Of a DNA stretch of 64,000 nt, positions 50,513 through 60,938 are shown in pieces. How positions within the stretch are numbered: position 1 is the first letter of the stretch; each line of letters opens with the position of its first letter. The notes beneath the pieces were generated by a model, which worked only from the letters and a program-made list of their open reading frames with translations, ran no database searches and had not been told where the DNA came from. The DNA is taken from assembly GCA_028279875.1 (NCBI GenBank), contig JANQMU010000125.1:15501-79500 (forward strand), read 5' to 3'. A program made the translations under genes and the position numbers. The DNA is from Rhizobiaceae bacterium (GTDB taxonomy: Bacteria; Pseudomonadota; Alphaproteobacteria; Rhizobiales; Rhizobiaceae).

Positions 50513-51388
50513 TTAAATGCGCCGCAATTTTGCCTTGATGGGTATTTCAGATTCTAGTAGTCGCTTTTCGCCATTGCCGCGAACCACCGGCCACATCCTG
50601 ATGTCTCTCACCAAAAGCTCCATACCTCGCCACTCAAGGCTAGCCGCCTGATCGCTTCCCCACATTGATCTATCAAGTGTAACATGGCGTTCGACCGCGC
50701 AAGCGTCAAAGCCTACAACTGCCATGACAGAAGGTGTCACACCGACCTCGTGGCCGCTATAGCCAACAGGAAGTTTGTATCTCTTACGCAGCGTATCGAT
50801 TACGAAGAGGTTAACCTCTTCGTCCCGACACGGGTAATTCGATGTCGCCTGCATCAGCAATAGCTCTGAACCGCGCAGGATACCCACAGCGTGATCGACC
50901 TCCTCGAGACAGCTCATTCCCGTAGATAGAATAATGGGACGTCCGGTATTCTTAATGCGACTCAACAGCCTGTCGTCCGTCAGGCATGCCGATGCAACCT
51001 TGTAGCAGACCGGATCGAACTGCTCTAGAAAGTCAACACTCTCCTCGTCCCACGCTGAGCAAAACCAGTGTATATCTAACTCTCTGCAGTATCGGTCAAT
51101 TTCCTCATATTCATGTTTGCCGAATTCTACACGATAACGATAATCCATATATGTCATTCGCCCCCAGGGGGTGTCTCGCTCTATATCCCGCTGCTCCGGT
51201 ACAACGCAGACTTCCGGTGTGCGCTTCTGGAATTTCACCGCATCAAAGCCTGCTTTCTTGGTCTTCCTAATAAGTTGCTTGGCAATATCCAGGTCGCCGT
51301 TGTGATTGATGCCGATTTCGGCGATAAGATAGCAACTTTCATTCGCTCCAACGCGTCTCCCACCGATAGTGATCTTGTCATTGCTCAT
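50513..51388 (-). CDS. NeuB-family ulosonate(-phosphate) synthase, short form without SAF domain
   Basis: AEIGINHNGD, VKFQKR, SAWD, KVASA, STGMS, GYSGHE, ERHVTLDRSMWGSDQ. Confidence 0.9.
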   Translation of the reverse strand: MSNDKITIGGRRVGANESCYLIAEIGINHNGDLDIAKQLIRKTKKAGFDAVKFQKRTPEVCVVPEQRDIERDTPWGRMTYMDYRYRVEFGKHEYEEIDRYCRELDIHWFCSAWDEESVDFLEQFDPVCYKVASACLTDDRLLSRIKNTGRPIILSTGMSCLEEVDHAVGILRGSELLLMQATSNYPCRDEEVNLFVIDTLRKRYKLPVGYSGHEVGVTPSVMAVVGFDACAVERHVTLDRSMWGSDQAASLEWRGMELLVRDIRMWPVVRGNGEKRLLESEIPIKAKLRRI

Positions 51389-51389
51389 T

Positions 51390-52844
51390 TCAAATTTTCG
51401 CTTTCTGTTTGGATTCATCCCCGGTTGAAGCCGAAAGCTCGCGCATTAGAGCCATGCGGACACGTTCACCGGCTTTCCCGTCGGCATTGCCAGTCCATTT
51501 GTTAAGCGCCTGCAAGGCAGCAGGCTCAAGGTCTTCTCGGATTTCTGGTGGTGATACGCAGAGCTTCTTAAGGCGCTCTACCGTGTCCTCGACAGACCTC
51601 CCTTTCTCGGCTGCGTCTCCAAGATCAACGTCGTATTCGGCATATCGTGGATCCAAAGATTCACCGAAATGCGGAACTATGACCGGCTTTCCCATCGCCA
51701 GACCCTCCAGCAGAACGGTCGTGTTGTGACCCCAGACAACCCAACTCGCTTCGATCAATGGCCCGATATCTCCATCCGCAGCAACTTTGAGGTTTCCCGG
51801 GCGCGGGCCAGCCAAGTCTAGCAGTTCCTCAACTTCAAGCCGTTCGTACAGGCGCGGACGTACTATCACATCATAATCTGGATTCTCTGCAGCAAATTGC
51901 ACCGCCGCGCGATAGGTTCCATTACATAGCACTTCCCAGGCGAGGTCAGATTCGATGCCGGCGTAGCTGGGTAAATGATTGTTTTTAAGAAATGCTAGTA
52001 GAAGTACAGTCGGACGAACTGCTCGAGGCGCGATTTTTCCTGCTGCCACAAGCCGCCGCCACCTATGGAGCCTATCAAGACGCGGCATGCCGACGATCAC
52101 AATCTGGTCGGCCCGTGCTATTTTCCCTTCGATCTGGTGATCGCGTTCCAATTTTTGGTACACAAACATTCGGCGGCCATTAAAATGGCATTGTGAGTCA
52201 TCACCCTCAGCCTCTGATCTGAAAAGCCTGCGCTCTCCGCTAAATCGATGGCGCGGATATCGAAAGCGATCGCTAAGTACTTTGAACAACGCAGGCGGCT
52301 TAATGCCCTCTTTGTGCATCACAACGAACGGTGTGCCGATATCTTCCAATACGAAGGCCATTTCGCGCTCGGCCCAATAGCACCAGTTGCCCGTGAGGAC
52401 TGCGTCATAGTGAGCAAACCACGACATGTAACGCCAGACCTTTCTCCAAAGCGTGCGATACACCAGCTTAGCTTGCTCTGCATCGGGGTCGTCCGAAACA
52501 TAGGCTGCATCATCACAAATAGACTTTGGTAAAACACCAAGCGCTAAACATTTGAGCACTGCTCGCTTCACCCCTACCGCTTGCACCTCAGCCATTCCAT
52601 CAACAACTTCGAGCACATCTTCATTGAAGACGTCTTTCTCGATAACTAAAACCCGATATTTTGTCGTCTGTGTTGTCAACGGCCTTATGGTCAGATGAAC
52701 CAATATTGCAGCTGGCAAGTATAATCTGTATTTCGCTAGGATTGGCAGCAACGGTAAAGCAAATTCAAAACTGCTTCGCGCTCGGCCCAACACCCGAAGC
52801 AAATGAAAGTATGCCACGGTGCGCCTCCGAACACCTTCAAACAT
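51390..52844 (-). CDS. GT-B fold hypothetical protein (putative glycosyltransferase)
   Basis: HKEG, VGMPRLD, NTTVLLEGLAMGKPV, DGKAGERV; AAGGAG RBS before the ATG at 52844. Confidence 0.6.
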   Translation of the reverse strand: MFEGVRRRTVAYFHLLRVLGRARSSFEFALPLLPILAKYRLYLPAAILVHLTIRPLTTQTTKYRVLVIEKDVFNEDVLEVVDGMAEVQAVGVKRAVLKCLALGVLPKSICDDAAYVSDDPDAEQAKLVYRTLWRKVWRYMSWFAHYDAVLTGNWCYWAEREMAFVLEDIGTPFVVMHKEGIKPPALFKVLSDRFRYPRHRFSGERRLFRSEAEGDDSQCHFNGRRMFVYQKLERDHQIEGKIARADQIVIVGMPRLDRLHRWRRLVAAGKIAPRAVRPTVLLLAFLKNNHLPSYAGIESDLAWEVLCNGTYRAAVQFAAENPDYDVIVRPRLYERLEVEELLDLAGPRPGNLKVAADGDIGPLIEASWVVWGHNTTVLLEGLAMGKPVIVPHFGESLDPRYAEYDVDLGDAAEKGRSVEDTVERLKKLCVSPPEIREDLEPAALQALNKWTGNADGKAGERVRMALMRELSASTGDESKQKAKI

Positions 52845-54603
52845 GTGCAATCTCCTTAACATCCGCATTTGTTCGATCGTGCGCGATTGGCACAGGCACG
52901 TGATTGCTTCCATCAGGGGTTAGAAATTCCCCCTGACGTGTGATCCACTCATCGTGGTCACAACACAAGGCATCAATGAAGGGGATGTAACGGCTGATGT
53001 CGCTGGATGCGAGCAGTTTCCGCGGTGGCCTGGTCCGTACCCCGGACGGTTTGTCATAGGGATAGGGCCACAGCATAACGCGGTGAAAGATGAAATGAAA
53101 CAGAGCCGCCTGCCTGGACTCGCTGCGCCCAAGCAGCGGCGCTTCCCCGAGATCGGCCAGGCGACTCAAATGTTTGAAGTAAGCTTCCTGATTCTCGCTA
53201 TCGACGGTAAATCCCCGCCGGCCGTAGTAGACCGTTGCGCCGATCAGCGCCGTCTTGCCGAGCATTGCCATTTCGACACCTGTTGTTGACGAGAACACGA
53301 CGCCGAAGTGACATTTTTCTATCAGATTGTAGGTGTTGGCCGTTTCCTGCCCGGATATCACTGTCAGCCGCTCATGCCCCAGGACGTCAGCCAGAATATC
53401 CTCGCTTCGTTCCTTGCCACCATAATGGGCCGCCTCCCCGGGATGGGCCCGCACGACGACATGGATATCGGTGTTGTCGAGCAGATATTGCACTGTGGCC
53501 AGCAGCCATTCCCGCATGCTGGGGAAAAGCCCCAACAGAATTGCGTATCCTGCGTCGTAAGGGACATTGGTGCAGACCAGCACAAAGCGGCGGCCATCCT
53601 CGACCCCGGCTGCGCGAAGGGAATCGTGCATAGGCTGGTCGGGCGATTTTTGCAAGGCCAGGCCCCAATGCGCCGTCGAGGCCCGGCGGCGCTCATCCAG
53701 TAATTTCAGCGCGCTATCCACGGCAAAGCTGTAGAACGGGTCATCCATGTATCCCAGTTCCTCGCGCGCGCGCCAAACGGCATCGAGATCATCAAACGCC
53801 AGGAAATGATCCCCGTGATTCATCACTCTCATCTGTTTGAAATCAAACTTCTCGAAAGTGTTGACCGGGATGCCCAGCCGTCTTGCGCTTCGGCAAAACT
53901 GAGCAGGCTCAAAGGTTGTCCCGTTAGCGATCAGGACCAGGTCGAAATCACTCTTGTGCCGTGCCAGATACGACATCGCGAGCGCACCGCTCCGCCGTGC
54001 CTGGTCTTCATAATAATCCCACGCCGCCGCCACTTCGGGATCGTCCAGGTCATTTGTCTCACGGCGGGTGCGCATGATGATGTCGCTGAGGACCTGCCCA
54101 TGCAGGGCCTCCGTGTCCATCTCCACTTGCGCAACCTGGAAATCGGATAAATCGACGCATCGAATTCGGCCTTTGCTCCAGGTTTGCACCTTTGCAAGGA
54201 CCGCCGCCAGATAGGGCTTTGCGCTGGGATCATCCAGCAACGGGGTCTTGATGGGGCTTTGCAATTTCGGCAGATAGCCGATGGTGACCGCATGCCCACG
54301 CCAGGCCAGGAATATCGCAATGGTGAAGTCGAGCGTGAACTGGATCCGATAGGCGCAAAACAGGAATATTCGCTTAGGCTCCGGCAGAGGTTTCACGGGA
54401 GGTACATCGAGAGCAGCAAGCCAATAGGGAAGATGCGCGCCCAGCGACCACTTGTCGTTCGGAGTCAAGTGTACAATCACGGGCGATAGCGCGGAAATTA
54501 CCCAGCGGGCCAGGGGGCCCGGATGGCGATGCGCATAATAGGAACCCGGGACGGCCTCGATCTGCTGCCGCAACAGCCGCATCACCCTCTGGAACAGCGT
54601 CAT
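52837..54603 (-). CDS. Capsule polysaccharide biosynthesis-like protein (KpsC/KpsS-type motifs)
   Basis: NVPYD, EW, VVRAHPGE, SSTTGVEMAMLGK..Y..GFT. Confidence 0.65.
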   Translation of the reverse strand: MTLFQRVMRLLRQQIEAVPGSYYAHRHPGPLARWVISALSPVIVHLTPNDKWSLGAHLPYWLAALDVPPVKPLPEPKRIFLFCAYRIQFTLDFTIAIFLAWRGHAVTIGYLPKLQSPIKTPLLDDPSAKPYLAAVLAKVQTWSKGRIRCVDLSDFQVAQVEMDTEALHGQVLSDIIMRTRRETNDLDDPEVAAAWDYYEDQARRSGALAMSYLARHKSDFDLVLIANGTTFEPAQFCRSARRLGIPVNTFEKFDFKQMRVMNHGDHFLAFDDLDAVWRAREELGYMDDPFYSFAVDSALKLLDERRRASTAHWGLALQKSPDQPMHDSLRAAGVEDGRRFVLVCTNVPYDAGYAILLGLFPSMREWLLATVQYLLDNTDIHVVVRAHPGEAAHYGGKERSEDILADVLGHERLTVISGQETANTYNLIEKCHFGVVFSSTTGVEMAMLGKTALIGATVYYGRRGFTVDSENQEAYFKHLSRLADLGEAPLLGRSESRQAALFHFIFHRVMLWPYPYDKPSGVRTRPPRKLLASSDISRYIPFIDALCCDHDEWITRQGEFLTPDGSNHVPVPIAHDRTNADVKEIAHV

Positions 54604-54619
54604 TCAGCCTTGCCCGGAT

Positions 54620-56236
54620 TCATGCCGAGAAATACGCCGCCTTGACACTGGCGGAATAGCTTGATGATGGCCCATGAAGCCAACTCATCATGTGGGCCTG
54701 TTCGGCTTCAATGACATCCCTGCCGTCACTGTAGTTGTGGATGATGTCCCGATACAGAACGGGGCCACTTGAATCGCAGCGCATTTTCAGCACGCCGGCT
54801 TCCGCCGGTGTCGGCGCCAGCGACAGAGCAATAAGCGCAAGGGCACGATCGCGATCGGTCTGATCCGGTTGCTTCAAATGACCCACAGACCTGAGCAAAG
54901 TGCCGTAGTCATCGCGTGATTTGGCGAGATGCGTCAATCCCCATGCGCTGTAGAAACTGCGGTCGGCGGCGATCACGGGCAGACCATGCGCAGTTGCTTC
55001 CAATCCGACCGTGCCGTGCACCGTCACAACGGCATCAGCCGCGGTCATGGCGGTGAGGGAATCCGTTTCCGCCGGCGCGAGCCGAACATGGCCGGGCAAA
55101 TCGGCAATCATGTCCTGCAGCCGAAACCCTCCATACCAGCTCTCTGTCGGATGGGGTTTCAGGATCCAGTCGACGTCCTCGATATGAGGCAACTGACCGA
55201 GCGTAAATCGCATCCAGTCATAGAAATCAACAAAATTGCCCATGGCAAAAGTATGGGGGAAATCAAACCATACATGCGCATATACAATTGCCAGTTTCCG
55301 ATCATCCGCCACACCAAAGGCGCGGCGCGCCTCGGCGCGCGAAACGGTTCGGTGCTCCGACTGAAAGGCATAGCGGGCATTGATATCGGAGCTCTTGCCG
55401 GCCTCGCGCAATCGAAGATAGCCGCGTCCCTCCTCGACCAGCCTGTCTTGAACCTTTTGAGGCAAATCGAGATATTCGTCCAGGCTCAATTGTTCAACCG
55501 GCGTGGCATAATCGCTTGTGTTGAAAAACCGGCGGATACGAATGCCCTCACAATAGCCGGTGAGATGGTAGGCTGGTATGTTTCGTGAAAGCGCACCCCA
55601 AACCAGGGTCGCATACTGGCTTTGCCAGGGATGGCTCAGAACGATGCCAGCGATGGACGTGTCCTGCAACAAATCCGCATAGATCGCGCAATTTCGAAGG
55701 CAGTCCGCAAGGACGGTTTTCCAGATCGGATCATCGAGGCCAGGTTGCGGGTGACGCGCCCGTTTCAGCACGGTGTCGTAGTAGGTATAGGCCGGCAGTC
55801 CGCCGGGCATCGGCAGTTTCAGAATGCCCTCGTAACCGTCCGCCTTGTCGAGCATGGCTTCGGCATCCGAAATGAAATCTTCCGAGCGATGATCCGGATG
55901 ATCCTCGAGCACGATGAACTCGGTAAATCCCATGCTTTCCAGCGCGGTACGGCTGGCATCGTCGGCGCGATTGAGGATACCGATCAGGCGCATGGTGGCG
56001 ATATCCGGGATCGCCTCCAGAAACACCCTCAGGCGGAAGAAATGATTCGGATTGTCCCACAATCCGTCGGCGACGATTGCCAAAGGTCCGCTGCCGTCGG
56101 CAACCGGCCCCAGATCGGCATATAGTTTCTCAACGCGTCTTCGCTGCCATCGGCCATACCATCGCAGTGCAACACGGCGCCCGACCCGGCGCCAGGTCTC
56201 GATATCGGCCACCTTGAAAAGGAGTCCATGCGCCAC
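54620..56236 (-). CDS. Capsule polysaccharide biosynthesis-like protein (KpsC/KpsS-type motifs)
   Basis: DFPH, DW, LKPHP, VTVHGTVGLEA..GLPVI...FY. Confidence 0.65.
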   Translation of the reverse strand: MAHGLLFKVADIETWRRVGRRVALRWYGRWQRRRVEKLYADLGPVADGSGPLAIVADGLWDNPNHFFRLRVFLEAIPDIATMRLIGILNRADDASRTALESMGFTEFIVLEDHPDHRSEDFISDAEAMLDKADGYEGILKLPMPGGLPAYTYYDTVLKRARHPQPGLDDPIWKTVLADCLRNCAIYADLLQDTSIAGIVLSHPWQSQYATLVWGALSRNIPAYHLTGYCEGIRIRRFFNTSDYATPVEQLSLDEYLDLPQKVQDRLVEEGRGYLRLREAGKSSDINARYAFQSEHRTVSRAEARRAFGVADDRKLAIVYAHVWFDFPHTFAMGNFVDFYDWMRFTLGQLPHIEDVDWILKPHPTESWYGGFRLQDMIADLPGHVRLAPAETDSLTAMTAADAVVTVHGTVGLEATAHGLPVIAADRSFYSAWGLTHLAKSRDDYGTLLRSVGHLKQPDQTDRDRALALIALSLAPTPAEAGVLKMRCDSSGPVLYRDIIHNYSDGRDVIEAEQAHMMSWLHGPSSSYSASVKAAYFSA

Positions 56237-56241
56237 GCCGG

Positions 56242-57312
56242 CTATGTTCTCCCGCCCGCGTCGACGGCGCTTTCCTCAAGAGCCGTTCCGCGCTGCAATG
56301 GCCGTGCGGCCCTGCAACCCAGTATCCGCGGCAGTTCCTTTGGAGCCAGCCCATATCCGGGGCGAATGGAGCGGACATTGTGCTCCGTGAACACATCGCC
56401 TTCCGCCATATCCGCCACGACATAGAGCGATCGCCTGAATTGCACATTGCCCGCCTCACTGGCGGTCCGCTCGTAATGCGGCGCGCCCAGAGCAAGATGG
56501 GCGTTGCGGCAGCCGGCGACCAGTGCCTGCAGTTCGTCCGGCTCCAGCGAGAAGGCGGCGTCCGGCCCGCCATCGGCACGCCGCAGCGTGACATGTTTCT
56601 CGACCAGCGAAGCGCCAAGCGCAACGGCGGCGACCGCGACCTCGATGCCGTGGCTGTGATCCGACAGGCCGACCACGGTGTCGAAACGGCGCGCCATATC
56701 GGCAATCGTCGAGAGGTTCGCCTCCTCCGCCGGGGTCGGATAGCCGCTCACGCAATGCAACAGCGCAAGTTCACTGCAGCCGGCTTCACGGGCCGCCGCG
56801 ACGGCTTCACCGATTTCCTCGATATTCGCCATGCCGGTCGAAATGATCAGCGGTTTGCCGGTTGAGGCCACTTTGGCGATAAGCGGCAGATCGATCGCCT
56901 CGAACGACGCGATCTTGTAGGCCGGCGCATCGTTTTGCTCCAGAAAATCGACGGCCGTTGCGTCAAACGGGGCCGAAAAGACGGTGACGCCAAGCTCGCG
57001 GCCCTTTGCAAACAGCGCCTTGTGCCAATCCCACGGCGTGTGGGCCTCCTGATACAGTTCATACAGCGATCTGCCGTCCCACAGGCCGCCCTCGATACGA
57101 AATTCAGGTGCGTCGCAATCAATCGTAATCGTATCAGCGGTATAGGTCTGCAGTTTCACGGCGTCCGCACCGGCCGCGGCGGCGGCCTCGATAATGGCCA
57201 GCGCCCGGGCGATGTCACCATTATGATTGCCCGACATTTCGGCAATCATATAGGGCGGGCATCCGGGGCCGATCTTTCGGCCGGCAATGCTCAGAAATCC
57301 CTGATCCGTCAA
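56242..57312 (-). CDS. pseI: Pseudaminic acid synthase
   Basis: [59 protein letters not shown]; TTG start with GGAGG RBS. Confidence 0.93.
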   Translation of the reverse strand: MTDQGFLSIAGRKIGPGCPPYMIAEMSGNHNGDIARALAIIEAAAAAGADAVKLQTYTADTITIDCDAPEFRIEGGLWDGRSLYELYQEAHTPWDWHKALFAKGRELGVTVFSAPFDATAVDFLEQNDAPAYKIASFEAIDLPLIAKVASTGKPLIISTGMANIEEIGEAVAAAREAGCSELALLHCVSGYPTPAEEANLSTIADMARRFDTVVGLSDHSHGIEVAVAAVALGASLVEKHVTLRRADGGPDAAFSLEPDELQALVAGCRNAHLALGAPHYERTASEAGNVQFRRSLYVVADMAEGDVFTEHNVRSIRPGYGLAPKELPRILGCRAARPLQRGTALEESAVDAGGRT

Positions 57313-58802
57313 TTCAATGCCTCCGCCGGCTTGCTGACGTATTGGGTGTCGGATCGCCTGCAATATCCCGCGGCCCGAAACAGGGCATGCGACGCGCGGT
57401 TGCCGGGCAGCACTTCGGCATTGAATGTCCAGCCGGGAAATATCTCCCGGATGCACCGCAATCCGCCGCCAGCAATGCCCTGCCCATGCCGACCCGGCGC
57501 CACATAAATCGAGATCTCACCCGCCGCCGGTTCCCGGCTTTTGTCAAGCCGCAGCACACCAGCCGGTTCATCGCCAACCATGATCAACATCAGCAGGATG
57601 TCGGCGTCAGAGAATACCCGCTCCATCCAATCGCTGTGTTCCTCCCAGGTGGGCGGCTTCGGGTTTCGGGCAAAACGTCGTGTCTCGGGGTGGCGCTGCC
57701 ACTCGAACATCAGCGGGCCGTCATCGGATTTTGCCAGCCGCAACCATTTGTCCTTTCGGCCCTCACCGGCGGCAAGGGCCAAAATGGCGCGGTCCAGTCC
57801 ACGACCGTCGCAAAGTTCCATCGCCTGCTTCGCCATCGCCGCGAGACGATCGGCATCGCGTATCAAACTATTCAACACGTCACCGATACGCACCGCCGTC
57901 AGTTCGTCACTTGGTCCCAGTGTCATTGCCGCACCGGCATCATTGAGTTGTTCGGCAACAAGGCGCTGATTTTCCGCCGTAATGACCATCAGCGTCGGCA
58001 GGCCGAGACAGCAGCGTTCCCAAGAGGTCGTTCCGGCCGCACCGATGGCAAGATCGGCGCGGCCCATCAATTCCGCCATGTTCGTTGCAGCACTGTGCAG
58101 GGTGATATCGAGTGGCGAGCGGGCGATCTGCTTTTTCACCGCATCCCAATGCGGCGCGCCTTGTCCCAGCACCACATCCACCGCGGCTTCGATGCCGCCA
58201 TGCTCGATGCCCTTAAGGACCAGTGATGTCACGTTGTCCGGGTCGCTTGCGCCAAGGGTAACCAGGATCCGTCCGATCGGTCGGTGATGCCCGCGCCGCT
58301 GAAGCGCCTTCGGCCTAACGGCCGCAAATTCCGGACGCAGCAGGGCATATTGGGGACCCAGCATCAACTGGCAGGCTGCGGGCACATGGGCGACATAGTC
58401 GGATGTCTGCCGGCCCAGGGTCTGATCCAGCAGCACTTCGCAATCATGCTTGCGATCGGCAAGATCGTCGATGACCATGATGCGCCTTGTCCAGGGCCGG
58501 CATGCCCGCTCGAACTGCTCGTCTCTGCGGTAGTGATCGACCACCAGAAGATCGCACCCGTCCGGCCAGTTTTCGGCAAGTGCCTCCGCTTCGTCCTCAC
58601 GCCGGCCGGCAAGTGCGAGTGGCTTGCAGGCCAGCTTGCCGATCCCGGGCACCATGGCGCGCGCTGCGGAGCCGGCTGCGAAACCGCAATGCCAGCCGCC
58701 GGTCGCCTCAAGCGCCTCGGCCAGCGCCAGACAGCGCATGGCATGGCCGCCACCGATTTCGGCACCGGCATCCGCTCTGAAAACAGCGCGTTTGATGGCG
58801 AT
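57309..58802 (-). CDS. pseG: PseG UDP-sugar hydrolase fused to a PseH-like GNAT acetyltransferase
   Basis: [46 protein letters not shown]; C-terminal GNAT. No ATG/GTG/TTG ahead of the conserved N-terminus (see findings). Confidence 0.85.
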   Translation of the reverse strand: MAIKRAVFRADAGAEIGGGHAMRCLALAEALEATGGWHCGFAAGSAARAMVPGIGKLACKPLALAGRREDEAEALAENWPDGCDLLVVDHYRRDEQFERACRPWTRRIMVIDDLADRKHDCEVLLDQTLGRQTSDYVAHVPAACQLMLGPQYALLRPEFAAVRPKALQRRGHHRPIGRILVTLGASDPDNVTSLVLKGIEHGGIEAAVDVVLGQGAPHWDAVKKQIARSPLDITLHSAATNMAELMGRADLAIGAAGTTSWERCCLGLPTLMVITAENQRLVAEQLNDAGAAMTLGPSDELTAVRIGDVLNSLIRDADRLAAMAKQAMELCDGRGLDRAILALAAGEGRKDKWLRLAKSDDGPLMFEWQRHPETRRFARNPKPPTWEEHSDWMERVFSDADILLMLIMVGDEPAGVLRLDKSREPAAGEISIYVAPGRHGQGIAGGGLRCIREIFPGWTFNAEVLPGNRASHALFRAAGYCRRSDTQYVSKPAEALN

Positions 58803-59449
58803 TATTCCCTGCCCTTTTCAAACAGCCACCAGGTCAGGTTGTCCAGGCCGGTGGCACGCCGCCAGAAGAACCCGTAATCGACCAGCCGCAAATCCGGGTG
58901 CCGGTCCATCCAGTAGTCACCGAAATCCCGTTTGAACAACAGCCCGTCATGGCCGCGATATTTCACCTCCTGGGGCGCATCCGCAAAATATTCGGCGCAG
59001 GCAATGTAACGGCTGGAGACCCGGTATATCTCGTCGCAGGACGCGCCGAGATCATCCGGTGCGATATGGATCAGCACGCCGCTGGTAAACGCCATGTCCA
59101 CCGCGCCATCATCGATCGGAATATGGCTGGCGGCTCCGTCAAAGACATTCTGCGCAGCAACAACATTGTCATCGACAAGACGCTGTCGCGCGCCGGCATT
59201 GGGCTCGAGCGCCAGGAGCGTGGCGTCGGTGATTGTCGCCAGCGCTCTCAGGTTGAAGCCAATATTGGCACCAACCTCGAGTATTTTTTTTGGCAAATCA
59301 TCGGCGATCGGCTGGAGCATCCGGTTCCACATCGCCGTTCGCGCCGCCAGCATGGCCTCATCGGCAACGTTGCGGCCACGGTATTCGTCTCCGAATTCGC
59401 CGCGCCATGCGTCAAGCTGGCGTGATGATGGCGGTTGTTTCTGATTCAC
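58802..59449 (-). CDS. Pseudaminic acid biosynthesis-associated methylase
   Basis: W.GEFGDEY..RN, LEVGANIG.NL, GVLIHI.PD, AEYF, YRGH...LFKRDFG, TWWLFEK. Confidence 0.9.
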   Translation of the reverse strand: MNQKQPPSSRQLDAWRGEFGDEYRGRNVADEAMLAARTAMWNRMLQPIADDLPKKILEVGANIGFNLRALATITDATLLALEPNAGARQRLVDDNVVAAQNVFDGAASHIPIDDGAVDMAFTSGVLIHIAPDDLGASCDEIYRVSSRYIACAEYFADAPQEVKYRGHDGLLFKRDFGDYWMDRHPDLRLVDYGFFWRRATGLDNLTWWLFEKGRE

Positions 59450-60180
59450 GCACTTCTCCTCTGGCGGCAATCCGCATTGATCGTGGCGATCTCCGGGTGG
59501 GCCTGCAGCAGCGGCACAATGTCCTCAAAACCGATCTTCTCCGCAGGCGCGGGAAACAGATCGAAAAGCGCTTCGAAGAACTCCAGGTCCTGCGGGTAAT
59601 CGAGAGTCCATCGCATGGCGGCGACATCGCCGCCCGGACCTGCGAGGTTTGCCCGTTTGATATGCGGCTCATGGCGCAGCCACGGCGTGACATGTTCGCG
59701 CGCATCCGGCGTTCTGGCTTGCCGCGCGGCCCTGGCCAGTGCGGCCACGGTGAAGACTTCGCAATCCAGACCATGGGGCCAACTCGGCGGCATATTGTTG
59801 CTGGCATAGTCAACGCCGCTCGACCGGAAAAGATCGAGCAGCCTGCTGCAGACGGCCGGATCGATGAGTGGACAGTCGCTGGTCACGCGCATCACCACGT
59901 CGGCGCCGCAGGCCATTGCCGCCTGATGATATCGGTCGAGCACATCGTGCTCCGATCCGCGAAACACCTTTGCGCCGCAACGGTCCGCCTCCTCGGCCAC
60001 CACATCAGATTCCCGGCCATCGGGAACCGCGCAGCACACCACATCGCCACCCTCGATCATCGCGCATCGGCGCAGAACATGCGAAAGCACGGTTTCTCCG
60101 GCAAGGCGTTCCAGAACCTTGCCCGGCAGGCGCGTCGACGCCATGCGGGCCTGGACGATAATGGCGACACGATCCGTCAC
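59446..60180 (-). CDS. SpsF-like cytidylyltransferase (probable CMP-Pse synthetase)
   Basis: QARMASTRLPGKVL, GSEHDVLDRY, RVTSDCPLIDP, REHVT, RWTLDYPQD. Confidence 0.88.
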   Translation of the reverse strand: MTDRVAIIVQARMASTRLPGKVLERLAGETVLSHVLRRCAMIEGGDVVCCAVPDGRESDVVAEEADRCGAKVFRGSEHDVLDRYHQAAMACGADVVMRVTSDCPLIDPAVCSRLLDLFRSSGVDYASNNMPPSWPHGLDCEVFTVAALARAARQARTPDAREHVTPWLRHEPHIKRANLAGPGGDVAAMRWTLDYPQDLEFFEALFDLFPAPAEKIGFEDIVPLLQAHPEIATINADCRQRRSA

Positions 60181-60932
60181 AGGCGCACGGGATATCCGCG
60201 TTCGTGCAGAAAGCCCTTGGCCTCGCGCGGGGTCTGCTCGGTGAAATGGAAGATGCTAGCGGCGGCCAGCGCCGAAGCGCCGGCCTCCAGGGCTTCGGCA
60301 AGATGCCGGTATTCGCCGGCACCGCCCGAGGCAATGACCGGCACGGAAACCGCTTCGGCCACGGCCCGCACCAGATCGAGATCATAGCCGTCCATGGTGC
60401 CGTCCAGTTCAATCGACGTGATGAGGATCTCGCCGGCACCATCCGCTTCGGCCCTTTTTGCAAGTGTCACCGGCTCAAGCCCCGAAGGCCGCGTGCCGGC
60501 ATCCACATAGGCCTGATGGTGGCCGTTCTGCTCCCGTTTGGCGTCGATGGACACAACGATGCTTTGGCTGCCGAAACGTTCGGCAATCTCGCTGACGATC
60601 TGCGGACGATCCACCGCCGCCGTGTTCACCACCACTTTGTCGGCTCCAACCATCAGCAATCGCCGGACGTCTTCGGCGTCGGTAATGCCGCCGCCGACGG
60701 CAATCGGCATAAAACACTCATCAGCCAGATCATCGATCAGGTCGAAATCCGGCGGCCGCCGGTCCCGTGTTGCGGTGATATCGAGAAAAACCAGTTCGTC
60801 GACCTCACGCATGTTGTAGACCTTGATCGCCTGCATGGCGCTGCCAACCCGTCTCCAGGACTCGAAACCGACGCCTTTGACAAGCGTCGTGTCCTTGTAG
60901 AGCAAAGTCGGCATGATGCGCGTCTTGAGCAT
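60177..60932 (-). CDS. hisF: HisF-like cyclase paralog (glycan amidation-associated)
   Basis: LVKG..F, VDEL.FLDI, CFMPIAVGGGI, GAGEI..SI..DGT..GYD, ASGG. Confidence 0.88.
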   Translation of the reverse strand: MLKTRIMPTLLYKDTTLVKGVGFESWRRVGSAMQAIKVYNMREVDELVFLDITATRDRRPPDFDLIDDLADECFMPIAVGGGITDAEDVRRLLMVGADKVVVNTAAVDRPQIVSEIAERFGSQSIVVSIDAKREQNGHHQAYVDAGTRPSGLEPVTLAKRAEADGAGEILITSIELDGTMDGYDLDLVRAVAEAVSVPVIASGGAGEYRHLAEALEAGASALAAASIFHFTEQTPREAKGFLHERGYPVRL

Positions 60933-60938
60933 GACGGG

